From Desulfobacterales bacterium (GTDB lineage: Bacteria > Desulfobacterota > Desulfobacteria > Desulfobacterales > YD0425bin51), in the NCBI GenBank assembly GCA_015228685.1, contig JADGCY010000009.1:103589-167588 (forward strand): DNA of 64,000 bases, in the 5' to 3' direction. Positions within the stretch are counted from its first letter, which is position 1, and every line of letters starts with the position of its first letter. Shown one piece after another: positions 9,566 through 19,630 of this stretch. Both the position numbers and the translations under genes were made by a program. The notes beneath the pieces were generated by a model that worked only from the letters and a program-made list of their open reading frames with translations, had not been told where the DNA came from and did not search any database.

Positions 9566-10615
9566 TTACTCTGAATTTAAAATAAAAATAGCTCCAAAAC
9601 AAATAAATATAATATTAGTTATCCATGCTGCTATGTATGGTGGAAGCATTTCTCCATAACCTAGCGACAAACAAAAACTATAAAAAATCCAATATGAAAA
9701 AGTGATAGCTATACCATAAGCTACACTTATAGGAAGGGCATCTTTAGTTTTTAATTTAAAAGAGATGCCACTTCCTATCACTGACATAATAAGGCAAATG
9801 AATGGAAAGGCTGTTTTTGCATAAAAATCAACCTTATAAATAACTGCATCATATCCTTCTTTCTCTATTTTTTTAATATACATAGATAATTCCATGATAG
9901 TCATTTCTTGGGATTTTTTAACCACTTGATGTAAATCTTCAGGTAAAAAATCAAGTTTTTCTTTAATTGAATCATGAGGTGTTTTATTGTCTAAAACATC
10001 ATACAAAAACCAGTACCCTTCCTTATATTCTCCTCTACTTGCATCCATTCTTCGGATTAACCTAAAATTATCATCAAAAAAATTAATGGTTATACCAAAA
10101 ATAGTTTTTTTATCAGGATTAAAATATGTAATATGTGAAATGCTTCTGTTACCTTTAATCCATATGTTTTTTTCCTTTGATTTAAAATATGATTCTCTTT
10201 TTTCAACTTCTCCTAACCATATTGCATCTGCTTTTGAAGTTGAAATTGGAATAATAGTTTCATTTAAAAAAAACAAAATTAAAGTTAAAGCTATTCCTAT
10301 GAAAAAAGGAGATTTAAGCAAATTCATAGAGCTTATGCCACAACTTTTTAAAGCTATAAGTTCATTATTTTTATTCATTAGTCCAAAAACAATGATAACT
10401 GCTAAAATAATTGCTGCAGGTGTAATTTGTCCTACAATAAATGGTATGTTCAAAAAAAAGAAAAATAATGCCCTTGTTTTTGATACACCTTTTTCTGAAA
10501 AGTTATCTATTTTTTCAAAAAAATCGACAGAGAGATATATTGCTATAACCATTATAAGAACAACAGCAAAATATTTTAGAATTTGCTTAGTCAGATATCT
10601 ATGTAAAATAGTCAT
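9566..10615 (-). CDS. LptF/LptG-family (YjgP/YjgQ) LPS export permease
   Basis: N-terminus MTILHRYLTKQILKYF...LSVDFFEKID is typical of LptF/G. It has multiple TM segments and a periplasmic beta-jellyroll region in between. The start was chosen at the internal Met. Confidence 0.7.
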   Translation of the reverse strand: MTILHRYLTKQILKYFAVVLIMVIAIYLSVDFFEKIDNFSEKGVSKTRALFFFFLNIPFIVGQITPAAIILAVIIVFGLMNKNNELIALKSCGISSMNLLKSPFFIGIALTLILFFLNETIIPISTSKADAIWLGEVEKRESYFKSKEKNIWIKGNRSISHITYFNPDKKTIFGITINFFDDNFRLIRRMDASRGEYKEGYWFLYDVLDNKTPHDSIKEKLDFLPEDLHQVVKKSQEMTIMELSMYIKKIEKEGYDAVIYKVDFYAKTAFPFICLIMSVIGSGISFKLKTKDALPISVAYGIAITFSYWIFYSFCLSLGYGEMLPPYIAAWITNIIFICFGAIFILNSE

Positions 10616-10617
10616 AA

Positions 10618-11106
10618 TCAACCAGAAATAGCAAACCATAAAACAAGGTCAGCACCACCTTTATTATTTTTCCACATAGCTGGACCTAAAAAAAGATGAT
10701 TTGAAACTTTTCGCAGTTCATCACGAATTTTTCTAATAAACCAAGGATTTTCAGGAAGATCATAGTCTAGAAGGATACAATCTCTACCATCAATTACAGA
10801 AGGAACTATTTTGGTCTTAAATGGAAACCAGTTAAACTTCAAAGTATTCATAATTTGAATACGATTAATTCCTGAACCTTCGATATTATTATTTGACTTA
10901 AAACTTTTGCCCTCCCATGGAAATAATCCTGAACCTGCAAAATATTTGATAAAAACAGATAAAGGGGTTTTATCTATATACTTTATGGATAACATCCTAC
11001 CCTTTGGCATTCCATCCAACGCTTTGAAACTTGATGGTAAAATTCCATTTCTATAAATTAAATCCAGTTCATCTACATTTTTTTCTGCTAATGTATCAAT
11101 AGTCAT
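10618..11106 (-). CDS. Hypothetical protein (162 aa)
   Basis: ORF co-directional with its flanking genes and tightly packed between them. No motif was recognised. Confidence 0.45.
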   Translation of the reverse strand: MTIDTLAEKNVDELDLIYRNGILPSSFKALDGMPKGRMLSIKYIDKTPLSVFIKYFAGSGLFPWEGKSFKSNNNIEGSGINRIQIMNTLKFNWFPFKTKIVPSVIDGRDCILLDYDLPENPWFIRKIRDELRKVSNHLFLGPAMWKNNKGGADLVLWFAISG

Positions 11107-11124
11107 AATTAAATTTCCTCCTTT

Positions 11125-14100
11125 TTATTTTAAGAATTTTTCAATTACTTCTAAAAGTTTTTTTGGGTTAATAGGTTTTGTAATATAATCATTCATTCCT
11201 GCTTCAATACATCTTTCTTTATCCCCTTGCATTGCATGTGCAGTCATGGCTACAACAGGAACATTGTGGCGCTTTACATTGGAATTTGTATCACGTATAA
11301 TCTTTGTTGCTTCAAAGCCATCCATTTCAGGCATTTGAACATCCATTAAAACTATATCGTAATCTATCATCTCAAGTGATTGTATTGCTTCCTTGCCATT
11401 TGAAACTGCATCTGCCTTAAATCCGAATTTTTTTAAATGGATAAGAGCAAGTTTCTGATTTACAGCATTATCTTCAGCAAGTAATATCCGTAAGCTTCTT
11501 TGCTTTGCTTCAACTATTGTGTGACGTGTAATAAATTCTGCTTTGGAGCCATCTACACTAATCTTTGATGTTACTCCAATGACTGCGCTCAAGCAGTCAA
11601 ATAATTGATTACGTTTAATTGGTTTTGTCAAATAAGCTGAAAAACCAATAGATTTCATACGGCTTGCTTCACCTCGCATACCTCTTGAAGAAAGCATGAT
11701 AAGAACTATATTTTTTAAAGTTGGATCGTTTTTAATCTCTTTACCTAACATCTCGCCGTCCATTTGAGGCATCATATAGTCTAAAATTGCTATATCAAAA
11801 GGCTCTTTTCTAAGCATAGATAATGCTTCATAACCATTTGAAGCTGAACGATACTTGCATCCAAAAGATTTTAAATAAGCTGATAACACTTCAATATTTA
11901 TAGAATTATCATCAACAATTAGGACAGATTTCCCTTTTAAATCAGCAGGTATAATTTGTACAGACTCTTTACTTTCAAGCTGTTTTTCAAGATTAGCTGT
12001 AAACCAAAATGTAGAACCTTTTCCTTCTTCACTGTCAATCCCGATATTCCCACCCATCATTTCAGCAAGGCGCCTTGAAATAGCAAGACCAAGACCTGTT
12101 CCTCCATATTTTCTGGTTGTAGATGCATCTGCTTGGGAAAAGGATTGAAATAATTTTATTTGGTTTTCTTTAGAAATGCCGATACCAGTGTCAATAATTG
12201 AAAAATTAATATAAGCATGGGTTTCAGTTTCGCTTTCTAAATTAACTTTTATAATCACTCCTCCTTTTTCAGTGAATTTTATGGCATTTCCTGAAAGGTT
12301 TAAAAGTATTTGCCTTAATCTTCCTGGATCCCCTTTTAATAAAGCAGGCACTTCATGATGAATAAGGCACGCAAATTCCAGCCCTTTTTCCTGTGCTTTT
12401 ATGGTCATTAAATCTACGACTTCCTCTACTGTAATTCTTAGATTGAAATCTAAAATTTCAAATTCTAGCTTACCAGCCTCAATTTTAGAAAAATCTAGTA
12501 TGTCATTTATAATTGTAAGGAGTGAATCCGCGCTGTTTTGAATAATACCTGTATATTCACGTTGCTCAGTAGTTAGACTAGTATCTAACAATAAACCTGC
12601 CATACCAATAATACCGTTCATTGGTGTTCTTATTTCATGGCTCATGTTGGCTAAAAATAAGCTTTTAGATTTATTAGATTCTTCAGCAGCTTCTTTTGCA
12701 ATCTTTAGTTCTTCATTTCGTTTTTTTTCTGTAATGTCTGATATCATTCCTTCATAGTAGATTATGTTATGGTTTTCATCATAAACTCCATGAGTATTTA
12801 AGGAAACTTCAATTATATTTGAATCTTTATTATACATTTTTGCTTCAAAATTTTTTACAGAGCCATTTTTTATTAATGTAATTTGATATTCGTGACGATT
12901 ATCTGGATCACTAAAATAGTGTAGAACATTTGAAACATTTTTTAATATCTCTTCTACTGAATTAAAGCCAAAAATTTTTGCGCAAGCTGTATTTGCAGTA
13001 AGAAGTTGCCCTAAAGCCGTAGTCTGGAAAATACCTTCAGTAGCATTTTCAAAAATACCTCTATATTTACTTTCAGCCTTCATCAAATTTATGGATAATT
13101 CTTCAACTTTTATGAAAGCTTTAGAAAATCTTAATGATAAAATAAAAGCTTGGGAAAAAATAAAAATGAAAAGGCCAAAAGGAGCAAGAAAACCTGTGTT
13201 TATAATATGGTTATCATATAAAATGTCATTTATAAAAGTTAAAAAGAAAGCAAGAAAACCAATTAAAAATACAGCAGAACCTTCACATTTATTTAAGAGA
13301 GCTAAAATAAGTATATAAATAGAATAAAGTCCTATTGTAAAAACAATAAGTTCAAACGGCATCATAAGATAAGAATATATTTTAGGCTGTGATAGCAAAG
13401 TAATTATAGAACAAATAATGCCAAGATATAAAAGAAATTTTTCTATAAGCTTTGAGGCATATTTATAAAATAAAGAACGTATAAACAGATAGAAAATGGG
13501 AACGCAAATAAAAACAACTATATAATTTAAACGGTGAAGAGCTATCCAGCTGACATTTGGAAGTAAATAATAAGAGAAAATTTCACCATTTATTAGATTT
13601 TTTATGCTAATTAAAAAGCAAATGATACTAAAATATAATGGACTTAAATCTTTTTTTCTAAGAAAAAAAAGTCCAAAGTGATAAAGTGCCATAATAAAGA
13701 TACTTCCAAATACTAACAGATCAATTCCGAGATTTTTTTCTCTTAACTCAATAATATCTTTTTCAAGGCCTAATTTAATTACATCTCTAATACCACCCTT
13801 GGGATAATTAAAGTTAGCCACATGCAATATGATTTCAAGTTTGTCATTATCAGGATAAAATACTCGTACATGTGGATGATAACATGGAACATTTTTTTCT
13901 TTATTCTTTTCAATAATACCTGAATTACTAATTTTTTTACCATTTACATAAATTGAAAATGTTGTATAAATGCGTAGAAATTTAAAAGCAAGTAACTCTC
14001 TATTATTATTATTTAATATTACTTGTAGCCTATATGTCGCATACCCTTCTTTTGGAAGTTTTTTCCCATATACTTTAACTTTATTCCAAACATCAGGAAC

Positions 14101-14328
14101 ATTCATGAACATTGTCATTTCAGGTTTAAGTTTGACAAAATCATCTGATGTTAAAAGTTCATTCCAATAAAATTCCCATTCACCTGAAAGATCAACTATT
14201 CCTTTTTCTTTAAAATTCCAACTTGTAAGATTTAAAATACCTTTTACTGCTTTTGGACAGAATGTTGGAGAAGGAGTGCAGGAAATAAAAAATAAAATAA
14301 ACAAAATGAGTAATTTTTTTAAGTTCAT
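11125..14328 (-). CDS. Hybrid sensor histidine kinase with 7TMR-DISM extracellular and 7TM domains, PAS, HisKA, HATPase and two receiver domains
   Basis: Signal peptide, ~200-aa extracellular domain and seven hydrophobic helices. PAS is followed by the H-box [14 protein letters not shown] and HATPase motifs (GGTGLGLAI). Two receivers follow (LIVDDN..., LLAEDNAVNQ...DVQMPEMDG). Confidence 0.85.
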   Translation of the reverse strand: MNLKKLLILFILFFISCTPSPTFCPKAVKGILNLTSWNFKEKGIVDLSGEWEFYWNELLTSDDFVKLKPEMTMFMNVPDVWNKVKVYGKKLPKEGYATYRLQVILNNNNRELLAFKFLRIYTTFSIYVNGKKISNSGIIEKNKEKNVPCYHPHVRVFYPDNDKLEIILHVANFNYPKGGIRDVIKLGLEKDIIELREKNLGIDLLVFGSIFIMALYHFGLFFLRKKDLSPLYFSIICFLISIKNLINGEIFSYYLLPNVSWIALHRLNYIVVFICVPIFYLFIRSLFYKYASKLIEKFLLYLGIICSIITLLSQPKIYSYLMMPFELIVFTIGLYSIYILILALLNKCEGSAVFLIGFLAFFLTFINDILYDNHIINTGFLAPFGLFIFIFSQAFILSLRFSKAFIKVEELSINLMKAESKYRGIFENATEGIFQTTALGQLLTANTACAKIFGFNSVEEILKNVSNVLHYFSDPDNRHEYQITLIKNGSVKNFEAKMYNKDSNIIEVSLNTHGVYDENHNIIYYEGMISDITEKKRNEELKIAKEAAEESNKSKSLFLANMSHEIRTPMNGIIGMAGLLLDTSLTTEQREYTGIIQNSADSLLTIINDILDFSKIEAGKLEFEILDFNLRITVEEVVDLMTIKAQEKGLEFACLIHHEVPALLKGDPGRLRQILLNLSGNAIKFTEKGGVIIKVNLESETETHAYINFSIIDTGIGISKENQIKLFQSFSQADASTTRKYGGTGLGLAISRRLAEMMGGNIGIDSEEGKGSTFWFTANLEKQLESKESVQIIPADLKGKSVLIVDDNSINIEVLSAYLKSFGCKYRSASNGYEALSMLRKEPFDIAILDYMMPQMDGEMLGKEIKNDPTLKNIVLIMLSSRGMRGEASRMKSIGFSAYLTKPIKRNQLFDCLSAVIGVTSKISVDGSKAEFITRHTIVEAKQRSLRILLAEDNAVNQKLALIHLKKFGFKADAVSNGKEAIQSLEMIDYDIVLMDVQMPEMDGFEATKIIRDTNSNVKRHNVPVVAMTAHAMQGDKERCIEAGMNDYITKPINPKKLLEVIEKFLK

Positions 14329-14768
14329 TTATTTATTATTTTTTGAATAAAATTTTCCATAACTTTTTGATCTCTAAGCGTTGATTCAGTTTCAATAGGA
14401 AGAAATGGAAAATATTCCATAAATATACGTAAGAAAATCCCATCTTTTCCACAACTTGGTGACATACTCTTAAAAATAAATCCGCAAATATTTTCTGAAT
14501 TAAGTTCAATTAAACGGCTTTTAGCCCAAATGTTTATTCTATCTGTATAGTCTATTTGGGTATGTTTGGCTATAAGACGATTTCCAATAATTATAAAAGG
14601 TTCTCTTGGTATTCCAAATCCAGATTCTACTTCAGGGCATACAGGAATATATTGTATGTTATAATCAATCAACATCTCTAATAAATATGAATCTTTTTTA
14701 TCAAGTCCATTATAACGAACTTTATATCCAGCAAGACATGAAGAAATTCCTATTTTGATTTGAGACAT
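14325..14768 (-). CDS. DUF523 (TudS-like) family protein
   Basis: N-terminal IGISSCLAGYKVRYNG matches the DUF523 signature. The start was set at the internal Met. Confidence 0.55.
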   Translation of the reverse strand: MSQIKIGISSCLAGYKVRYNGLDKKDSYLLEMLIDYNIQYIPVCPEVESGFGIPREPFIIIGNRLIAKHTQIDYTDRINIWAKSRLIELNSENICGFIFKSMSPSCGKDGIFLRIFMEYFPFLPIETESTLRDQKVMENFIQKIINK

Positions 14769-14769
14769 A

Positions 14770-15963
14770 TTAATAATTATCCACACGTATCCAGTCTGAT
14801 AATTGTTTAATCTCTCCATTTTTTTCGCATTGAATCAAACTCGATTCTCTAGAAACCCATCTAGATTTGGGATCATTTGCATTAAATTGTTCAAATGTCC
14901 CTGTGTTTAAGACTCCTTTAAATTCTTTTAAATTTTCCATTTCTTTTATAAGCCGCTCTCTTGTTAAATCACAGTTACATCTTTTTAATGCTTCAACAAA
15001 AGGCTCTAAGATACCTATTCCATATTGGTAATTTAAAGACCATTCTTCACCAGCTTCAGCATATTTGCTAAAAGCATCTTTATATTTTTTAAGAAGGGGA
15101 GTTTCCGCTAAATCAGCTTGGCTTGTTGTAATCATACCTTCCCAGAGACCTCTGCTTATTTTATACAAAAGAGGAAAATCAGAAAAAGAATTTGCTCCCA
15201 TCCATTGGGGAAAATATTCCATCTCTTTTGCTGCTTTAAGTAAACGAAGAGCTGCAAAAGGTGTCATAAATAAAAGAACTGCTTCAGCATCAGCTTCTTT
15301 TAGTTTTAGAGCATAAGGTTTCATTTGAGATTCTTTAGCTTCAACTGGGAGTTTGCTCACTAATTCAGCATTATGATGGCGTTTCATTTCATCAATTGCA
15401 CCTTCTAAAGCAAATCTGCCATAGCCATCATCTTGATAAACAATGGCAATTCTTTTTTTCTTCATGGTTTCAAAGGCATATTTGCAAAGAATTTTAGCTT
15501 CCATCCTATAAAAAGGATAAAATGTGATTAAAAGGTATTGTTTAGGGGGATCAATTAGCTCCTTAGCACCTGAGAAAGGAGATATCCATAAGACTTTTTT
15601 ATTCATTAAATAGTCCATAACAGCAAGTGATGTAGCTGTACCAACTCCTCCTACCCATGCAAAAATACCAATATTTTCTTGTAAATTTTTCACACCTGCC
15701 TTAGTCATTGCAGGATTATAGCCATCATCAAACATTCTGTATATAATTTTTTTACCGCATATTCCCCCTTCTTCATTGACAATTTTAAATAGGAGGTCAG
15801 CGCCTTTAACTACTGCACCCCATGCAGCAGCAGGTCCTGATAATGGTCCGAATTGAGCTATTCTAATTTCAGTATCTGTTATTCCTTCTTCTGACCTTGC
15901 TACAAATGATTGCAAAGCAAAAAATAATACGATACCTAATAATAGAATGTTATTCTTTATCAT
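14770..15963 (-). CDS. ABC transporter substrate-binding protein, branched-chain amino acid (LivK-like, PBP type I) family
   Basis: Signal peptide (MIKNNILLLGIVLFFALQSFVA). It shows Leu/Ile/Val-binding-protein-like architecture. The start was set at the internal Met with the signal peptide. Confidence 0.7.
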   Translation of the reverse strand: MIKNNILLLGIVLFFALQSFVARSEEGITDTEIRIAQFGPLSGPAAAWGAVVKGADLLFKIVNEEGGICGKKIIYRMFDDGYNPAMTKAGVKNLQENIGIFAWVGGVGTATSLAVMDYLMNKKVLWISPFSGAKELIDPPKQYLLITFYPFYRMEAKILCKYAFETMKKKRIAIVYQDDGYGRFALEGAIDEMKRHHNAELVSKLPVEAKESQMKPYALKLKEADAEAVLLFMTPFAALRLLKAAKEMEYFPQWMGANSFSDFPLLYKISRGLWEGMITTSQADLAETPLLKKYKDAFSKYAEAGEEWSLNYQYGIGILEPFVEALKRCNCDLTRERLIKEMENLKEFKGVLNTGTFEQFNANDPKSRWVSRESSLIQCEKNGEIKQLSDWIRVDNY

Positions 15964-16038
15964 CTTGCCTCCTACAAAAAATAAAAGGGGTATGGAACTA
16001 CCCCTTTTATAACAAAAAATTCTTATTAAAAACAAAAC

Positions 16039-16791
16039 TTATTTAAGATATTTATCAGTTATTTTCTTATATTCTTCTTTTTCCTTGAATGCTTTAAAAT
16101 TCTTATTAAATTCATCTACTATTTTTTTTATGTCTGGATTTTTTGAAGCTTTGGCAAATGCTACGTAATACATTTTTTCAACGATAGGCTTTTCAATATA
16201 GGTTATGGCATCAGCAAAACCTAGCTTTTTCAATAGAGATATTCCATTTGCAAGTTCACATGGGAAATAATTAAATCTAGCTTTTTCTAGCTTTTTAAAA
16301 TTTTCCTCATCAGAACTAGCCTCATCAGAGTTTTTCTGCTCTTTCAAAAATTTCATTAAATCATCGCTATAAGTATAACCTCTTGTAATACCTATAGTAT
16401 GACCTTTAAGATCATCAAAAGAATTAAATTTCAATTTGTCTTTATCTGCTTTGCGAATAAAAAACACATAAGTGGAAGGATGGAGTGGGGTTTCAGGATA
16501 ATAAAGAAATTCTTCCCTTTCTGCTTTCTTTGATACAGAATAAAGAACATCAGCTTCCCCTCCTTTTGCCATAGCTTCAGCCCTTTTCCATGGAACAAAT
16601 TCTACCTTATATTCTATTTTCATCTCTTTTAAAACTGCGTCAATAAGCTCAGTAGCTAGACCTGCTGGTTTTCCATTTTCCAGCATTTCATAGGGGGGCC
16701 AATCAGTTGCAAAAATTTTTAATGGTTCTGCAAAACTTATACAAGGTAACAAACAAATGATTCCAATTAAAAGCAAAAATTTTTTACTCAT
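16039..16791 (-). CDS. Periplasmic substrate-binding protein, family 3 (amino-acid ABC-type)
   Basis: Signal peptide + PBP3-like start (EPLKIFATDWPPYE). Length 250 aa. Confidence 0.65.
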   Translation of the reverse strand: MSKKFLLLIGIICLLPCISFAEPLKIFATDWPPYEMLENGKPAGLATELIDAVLKEMKIEYKVEFVPWKRAEAMAKGGEADVLYSVSKKAEREEFLYYPETPLHPSTYVFFIRKADKDKLKFNSFDDLKGHTIGITRGYTYSDDLMKFLKEQKNSDEASSDEENFKKLEKARFNYFPCELANGISLLKKLGFADAITYIEKPIVEKMYYVAFAKASKNPDIKKIVDEFNKNFKAFKEKEEYKKITDKYLK

Positions 16792-16829
16792 TTTTTATTC
16801 CTCCATATGTTTTTATTGTTAGTTTTTGT

Positions 16830-17081
16830 TTATCCATTTTTAAGGATGGAAAAACTATCATACATTTCTTTTAATAATACAACAAAATTTTGCATCTCTT
16901 GCTGAAGTTCAATTAAATTAGCTTCCATCATTAACTGAAGAACTGCCATACGATTTTCAAAAGTTACAGCCCCATCCATAAGTCTTTCAATTTCTTTTTG
17001 ATATTTAACTTTTTCTGGATTATTTTGAATTAAAATTTCCAGTTGATATAAAGCTAAATTTAGTATTTCTTCTTCATTCAT
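16830..17081 (-). CDS. Small hypothetical protein
   Basis: ORF on the same strand as its neighbours. No motifs were recognised. The start is uncertain. Confidence 0.3.
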   Translation of the reverse strand: MNEEEILNLALYQLEILIQNNPEKVKYQKEIERLMDGAVTFENRMAVLQLMMEANLIELQQEMQNFVVLLKEMYDSFSILKNG

Positions 17082-17085
17082 GTAG

Positions 17086-17415
17086 TTAAATATCTTCAAT
17101 AAGAAAAGGAATACATCGAACCCCAACACTCATTTTTTTAATCCAAAATCTTGCCATTGTAACTACTTCTCCTTCCACATTAACTAAATTAGGAAGTTCT
17201 TCAACATAAGAAATATCATCTGTTTTAAATTCGTAATAAAAGGTATTTTTGCTGTATGGCTCTGCAACTAAAATAATTTTTTCAGGATCATATGGATGTT
17301 TTTGTGGTGAACCTGAAAATGCGATATGGGTTTCTTTTAAAATTTTTAGATTTGGTGGTCTTTTGTAAGATTGTATTTCAAAGTTATTATTCTGCTGTAG
17401 TAATAATTTTAACAT
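17086..17415 (-). CDS. Hypothetical protein (109 aa)
   Basis: ORF co-directional with its flanking genes and tightly packed. No motifs were recognised. Confidence 0.4.
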   Translation of the reverse strand: MLKLLLQQNNNFEIQSYKRPPNLKILKETHIAFSGSPQKHPYDPEKIILVAEPYSKNTFYYEFKTDDISYVEELPNLVNVEGEVVTMARFWIKKMSVGVRCIPFLIEDI

Positions 17416-17430
17416 TATATATTTCCCCCT

Positions 17431-17745
17431 TTAATCAGTTATAATTTTATTTAAATGCGGCATAGTTTCTGGTTTATCTCTAATCATATAACGGCTTTCA
17501 TTTCCCCTTGCTGTGACATTTTCATATACACCGTCATCCCTTTTAACTAATTTAGTAAAACCTAAATTGCGAATATCTGTGTTTGATTTTGGAGTATTTA
17601 TATAAGTATAGGAAATAAGTTTGCGTACTTCACCTCCGCAAATAGGGCAATGGTTTAAGGCTGAATCAGTAATTGACTGTTTTATTTCAAACTCTTTGCC
17701 TATAGAGCAGGGTGTATTGATATGGCAATATTCATAAATTGGCAT
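17431..17745 (-). CDS. FmdB-family zinc-ribbon regulatory protein
   Basis: N-terminal MPIYEYxC...C and a second CPICGG pair. This is the typical FmdB putative regulatory zinc ribbon. Confidence 0.65.
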   Translation of the reverse strand: MPIYEYCHINTPCSIGKEFEIKQSITDSALNHCPICGGEVRKLISYTYINTPKSNTDIRNLGFTKLVKRDDGVYENVTARGNESRYMIRDKPETMPHLNKIITD

Positions 17746-17856
17746 TGAAATCTTACCTCCTTTGTTATAAAACTAAAAATGATATCTAACTATGTCCGTT
17801 TATTCAATTTTTTTCAAGAAATTTTTGAAAAATTAAATTTAGGAGGAAAAAATAAT

Positions 17857-18870
17857 ATGAATGTAAATGAATGGAACCCGCCCAAATTACTAGAATTATC
17901 TGGAAGTTACTGGAAGACATGCACGCTTCATGCAGGAGTTAAGCTTAATATCTTTACAATAATTGGAAACAATTCTCACACCGTTCATGAGATTTCTATA
18001 AAATTAAATACATCTGAAGATGCTACTTTAAGGCTCCTTAATGCATTGGTTGCAATGAATCTTTTAATTAAAAATGGAAATAAATATGAAAACACAGAAG
18101 CATCTAAAACTTTTCTTTCAAAAGATTCTCCTAAATATATAGGCTATATTATTATGCACCATCATCACTTATTGCCGTCATGGGCTCAGTTAGATTTATC
18201 TATTAAATCAGGTAAGCCTATAAGAAATAGAAGCACTGGCGATATAACTCAGGAACAGCGTGAAAGCTTTTTGATGGGTATGTTTAATATAGCAATGAAT
18301 CTTGCCCCAATAATTGTAAAAGAAATTGATTTAAAAGGGAAAACACATTTATTAGATCTAGGAGGTGGTCCTGGAACATATGCAATACATTTTTGTTTAG
18401 CAAATCCTTCTCTTAAAGCAACTGTATATGATCTTCCAACAACAGAGCCTTTTTTTAAAGAAACCGTTAAAAAATTTGGTTTGTCTGACCGAATAAATTT
18501 TATTTCTGGTAATTATGTTAAAGACAAAGAGATTTTTGGGAAGTATGACGCAGTTTGGATTTCTCATATACTTCATGGAGAAAGCTATGATACATGTTTA
18601 CAGATTTTAAAAAAAGCATCAGAAACTCTTAACAACGGGGCAATGGTTATGATTCATGAGTTTATCTTGAATAATACATTAGATTCGCCTCTGCATCCTG
18701 CACTTTTTTCTTTGAATATGCTGTTAGGAACAGAAGGGGGAAGGTCTTATTCAGAGGGTGAACTAATGGATATGCTTAAATCTTGCGGTTTAATAGAAAT
18801 TTTTAGACATCCATTTAAAGGACCAATGGATTCAGGTATTGTTATGGGAATAATAAAATCTGAAATATGA
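17857..18870 (+). CDS. Class I SAM-dependent O-methyltransferase (family 2, with N-terminal dimerisation/wHTH domain)
   Basis: Motif I LLDLGGGPGTYAIHF. It has the family-2 O-MTase layout. AGGAGG RBS precedes ATG 17857. Confidence 0.8.
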   Translation: MNVNEWNPPKLLELSGSYWKTCTLHAGVKLNIFTIIGNNSHTVHEISIKLNTSEDATLRLLNALVAMNLLIKNGNKYENTEASKTFLSKDSPKYIGYIIMHHHHLLPSWAQLDLSIKSGKPIRNRSTGDITQEQRESFLMGMFNIAMNLAPIIVKEIDLKGKTHLLDLGGGPGTYAIHFCLANPSLKATVYDLPTTEPFFKETVKKFGLSDRINFISGNYVKDKEIFGKYDAVWISHILHGESYDTCLQILKKASETLNNGAMVMIHEFILNNTLDSPLHPALFSLNMLLGTEGGRSYSEGELMDMLKSCGLIEIFRHPFKGPMDSGIVMGIIKSEI

Positions 18871-18926
18871 TAAAAACTGTTCTGAGGCTAAATAATCCTT
18901 AATTTGAGCACGGACAGATCAAGAGT

Positions 18927-19214
18927 TTGGAATTGAGTGATAGGCTTAAATTTGAGAGAAAGTTAGAACTAATGAAAACAACAGAATATTTCAAGCATAC
19001 GAAAAAAAGAACTGATCGTTCAATAATATTGGATGAATGGATTAACCATGTCATCCAACACCCAGAAAAAATACAAATTCAATCTGACGGAAGAATAAGA
19101 AAATGGGCATATATTTCTGAGGAGGATAAATTCCTTCGGGTTATCCTATTGGAAGATGAAGAAACTATTCATAATGCTTTCTTTGATAGATCATTTAAGG
19201 AGAATCGGCAATGA
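18927..19214 (+). CDS. DUF4258-family protein (putative toxin of a DUF4258/DUF2283 TA pair)
   Basis: 95-aa basic protein. It has an ATGA stop/start overlap with the downstream DUF2283 gene. Confidence 0.55.
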   Translation: MELSDRLKFERKLELMKTTEYFKHTKKRTDRSIILDEWINHVIQHPEKIQIQSDGRIRKWAYISEEDKFLRVILLEDEETIHNAFFDRSFKENRQ

Positions 19215-19438
19215 GAGTTAAATATTTTTTAGATACTGATACCGCACTTGTTGAATTCATTGATCATGAAGTGTTCGAGACAAGAGAAATAAGCGAGAAT
19301 ATTTATTTGGATATTGATAAGCAAGGAAATATTGTAAGTATGACGATCGAACATGCTCGGGCTAATGCACAATTACAGGAGTTTTCTTATCATGAAATAG
19401 TAAATTACTCGTATGATAAAAAAAGAGCAATTGCATAA
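19211..19438 (+). CDS. DUF2283-family protein (putative antitoxin partner)
   Basis: 75 aa. It has a YxxDxDxL...EN...LDxDxxGxIVxxxIExA pattern characteristic of DUF2283. Confidence 0.6.
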   Translation: MRVKYFLDTDTALVEFIDHEVFETREISENIYLDIDKQGNIVSMTIEHARANAQLQEFSYHEIVNYSYDKKRAIA

Positions 19439-19630
19439 GAAAATTATTTGAATTGCGGATTAAACACCGCTAACCTTTTAGGCGATGATGGTTCGCTAAA
19501 CCGCTCGCAAATGGAGCAATGGGGTTGTTTGGAGCAGGAGGTAGATAAAGAAATTTATAAACATGCAATTTAAAAGACCAATGTATTCATCTATTGTTAT
19601 ATGTTATAGGAATATAAATAGGTTTTTAAA

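Noticed and set aside
9987-10631. 214-aa plus-strand ORF
   Set aside because: It is entirely antisense to the LptF/G-family permease, which has a convincing family-typical N-terminus and TM pattern.
17790-17830. AT-rich inverted repeat TTTTTCAA-N7-TTGAAAAA upstream of the O-methyltransferase
   Set aside because: It has very low complexity in an AT-rich spacer, and arms of this kind are expected by chance. It is not reported as a feature.
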